A program made the translations under genes and the position numbers. Below are positions 15,512 to 17,249 of a stretch of DNA of 17,249 bases, piece after piece. The notes beneath the pieces are model-generated. The model was not told where the DNA came from and searched no databases. It saw nothing but the letters and a program-made list of their open reading frames with translations. Within the stretch, counting starts at the first letter, position 1, and every line of letters begins with the position of its first letter. The DNA comes from Chlamydiia bacterium. Its GTDB lineage: Bacteria > Chlamydiota > Chlamydiia > Chlamydiales > 2-12-FULL-49-11. Location: NCBI GenBank assembly GCA_044359535.1, contig JBIKLZ010000024.1, positions 1 through 17,249 on the forward strand, read 5' to 3'.

Positions 15512-16267
15512 TTAGTCCTCTTCTGTAGATGCCTCAGAGACTTCTTCAGGTTCTTCCATCCATTTTGTAATGTATTTTGTAAATTCATCACGATCAGATA
15601 GAGTTTCAACAAAGGAAGAGACTTTTGAGTCTTCTAGGTTAAGTTCTAAGAATTTTAAGAAGTCAGGATGTAGCTCAAATCTGTTTTGGGTGGTCACTTG
15701 TTTCATTGGAATATGCTTGATATGGTTATCAAGCAGATCTTTAATCACCCCTTTTGTGCTGTTAAAAAGCTTTCCTGTCACAATAGAAGAAAACACTGTT
15801 TTTGAGAGCTCAGTTTTTTGAGGGGTAATGTAGGTTTTAATGATTTCTGGGTCTTCAGAGATATAAAATTTCTTTACACGCATCCCATCTTTTCTTTCTG
15901 TATTTTCTGGGCAAGTTGAAACCCAATCATAAATGGCATCTTGGGGGTTTGGATGGGTGTTATCGGCAAAAACTTTTCCAGAATAGGGGCAAATATAGAT
16001 TTTTTTACTCTCTATATTGACACTTTTTTTCCCTAATTGAATTTTAATGGTGGTTTCTCGATAGAGTTTATGTTCTTTTTCCAAAACTTGTAAAAGGTGA
16101 TCCTCGCTTAAATAAATGGTCTTTTCTTTCATAAAAACAACTGGAGAAAGCTTGTTAACCATCTCTAAATAAGCAAGATAAACAGTGATAAGGTCGGTGT
16201 TACGATTTTTTTTAATAAAGTCAAGAAGATCTTTAAAAATGGCATCTGAAAGTGCAAGCTTAGTCAT
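15512..16267 (-). CDS. Conserved chlamydial hypothetical protein (DUF2709 / CT538-like)
   Basis: KIYICPYSGKVFADN..PNPQDAIYDWV..CPEN motif. Position upstream of tsaE and dnaQ matches chlamydial synteny as I recall it. Confidence 0.85.
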   Translation of the reverse strand: MTKLALSDAIFKDLLDFIKKNRNTDLITVYLAYLEMVNKLSPVVFMKEKTIYLSEDHLLQVLEKEHKLYRETTIKIQLGKKSVNIESKKIYICPYSGKVFADNTHPNPQDAIYDWVSTCPENTERKDGMRVKKFYISEDPEIIKTYITPQKTELSKTVFSSIVTGKLFNSTKGVIKDLLDNHIKHIPMKQVTTQNRFELHPDFLKFLELNLEDSKVSSFVETLSDRDEFTKYITKWMEEPEEVSEASTEED

Positions 16268-16300
16268 GAGGTTCCCTAAATAGTATTGAATTTAGGGGAT

Positions 16301-16329
16301 ATAATATAAAAAAAAGATCTTTTACGCAA
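16301..16329 (-). promoter_or_regulatory. Putative promoter for the DUF2709-tsaE-engB-dnaQ operon (TTGCGT-N17-TATTAT)
   Basis: Minus-strand hexamers at 16329-16324 and 16306-16301 with 17-nt spacing. Confidence 0.5.
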
Positions 16330-16396
16330 GGGATAAAAGGGATGAAAGGCGCTCTTTGCGAAAAAGGGGTTGTTTTACCCTAAAAATAGGGGGCAT

Positions 16397-16966
16397 ATAT
16401 ATAAAAATTTACAGGGCTAAAATAGCCATTACTACATTCCTGTCATAAGCACTCTTGAAGCAATCATTGAGTTGATAACAAAGATTTCTTTAGAAAAGAG
16501 ACAAAAGCCACAAGGGACAGACAATCACTACTATGAGCATATAAAAAATAAGGAGATTTGGACCCTTGCTGTACTTATGATTCCTCTGATCGGAAATCTT
16601 GTTATTGCTCTACATGATGGGATTACGATGCTATTGCAAAAGGAATGGGTGCCCCAATTTTTTATTGGTGGCAGGGCTTGCATAAAAGACAATAGAGGAA
16701 GTCAGAACTAAGTAAGATGGGGAGTTGTAATAACCCCTTTTCTCTTCCAAGTGCTGAATTAAGAAGGGGTGAAAAGTTTATTTTAGAGATGATTGAAAAG
16801 GATTTTAGTGCATTTTTGTATGCATTGCCCCCCCGAGTAGAATGAAGCGGAAGCTGATTATTTTAAAGATTCTCTGGTCATGGAGGGGGTTAAAGCAAAA
16901 ATAACAGATACAGGTATAACAATCGACAAATTAGTAGATACACAAGAAAGGATTTTCTTTACCTAG
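16397..16966 (+). pseudogene. Decayed chlamydial effector-like gene with a DUF4116-type repeat remnant
   Basis: AGGGGG RBS followed by ATA (not ATG) at 16397 and an in-frame TAA at 16418. Then YYIPVISTLEAIIELITK...NHYYEHIKNK...LMIPLIGNLVIALHD, a frame-shifted SAELRRGEKFILEMIEKDFSAFLYA (16750-16824), and a third fragment 16841-16966. Confidence 0.65.
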
Positions 16967-17007
16967 ATCGATAATTTTGCTACCCTCTTTAACTATTTTG
17001 GAGGGGT

Positions 17008-17249
17008 ATGATCAAAAAATTAGCGATGATGATCGGTTTGCTCATTCTAGGCTACTTTATGGTTAGACCTTTTACTGAAGCGATTCTTCCCCCTTTCCCT
17101 GCAAATCAAGGGGTGTTTATTCTAAAAGATATAAGAAAACTCCCTTTTTCCGGATATAAAGTCTTTAACGCAGGGGTGCTTAAAATTGACGATCACTACC
17201 TTTTTGCGACCCGAAAAAGGGGGAATTCTTACCTCCATAGCCTTTGGAA
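17008..17249 (+). CDS. Secreted/anchored protein, possibly GH130-like beta-propeller; runs off the right edge
   Basis: GGAGGGG RBS, ATG 17008, open to the edge: MIKKLAMMIGLLILGYFMVRPF...KVFNAGVLKIDDHYLFATR. Signal/anchor followed by a VFN(P/A)G...YL...R motif like the first blade of GH130. Not in the ORF track. Confidence 0.6.
   Translation, partial: MIKKLAMMIGLLILGYFMVRPFTEAILPPFPANQGVFILKDIRKLPFSGYKVFNAGVLKIDDHYLFATRKRGNSYLHSLW

Noticed and set aside
15105..15612. Long N-terminal extensions of engB (to 15179) and tsaE (to 15612) in the ORF track
   Set aside because: They overlap upstream genes extensively, while downstream ATGs at 15104 and 15510 have good RBSs and give family-typical lengths.
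11029..15821. Short ORFs at 11029-11238, 12586-12873, 13306-13488, 14593-14859, 15130-15312 and 15570-15821
   Set aside because: All are nested in well-supported housekeeping genes and have no independent coding evidence.
1..17249. Frequent G/C/A/T homopolymer runs as phase-variation tracts
   Set aside because: They are short, spread through intact essential genes, and consistent with codon usage (GGG, CCC, AAA, TTT).
1..17249. CRISPR arrays, tRNA/rRNA genes, IS elements, prophage or defence systems
   Set aside because: I saw no regularly spaced repeats, cloverleaf/T-loop signature, transposase/integrase or defence-domain motifs.

Overview
A mostly housekeeping region from an AT-rich member of the phylum Chlamydiae, probably an environmental (non-Chlamydiaceae) lineage. 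This assignment rests on an NTT nucleotide transporter, a CT538/DUF2709-like gene, chlamydia-type hypothetical proteins and chlamydial gene order. The minus strand carries DUF2709-tsaE-engB-dnaQ-like, pgk, and ntt(Npt2-like)-pgsA-sppA-polA-coaE-rho. It also carries a GT28/MGDG-synthase-like glycosyltransferase and a CCA-adding enzyme gene that runs off the left edge and is missing from the ORF track. The plus strand carries two tandem paralogous exported hypothetical proteins, two orphan effector/Inc-like genes, a decayed DUF4116-repeat-type pseudogene and the start of a secreted GH130-like protein. I saw no rRNA, tRNA, CRISPR array or mobile element. The most interesting signals are: (i) a back-to-back promoter pair sharing one -35 element that appears to make leaderless mRNAs in both directions, one starting with an unannotated 27-codon uORF; (ii) a ~165-nt structured 5' leader ahead of the nucleotide transporter; (iii) a Rho with a ~130-aa disordered, Asn/Arg-rich extension; (iv) an Inc/effector-like gene pair. 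All family assignments come from motif recognition by eye, not database searches.
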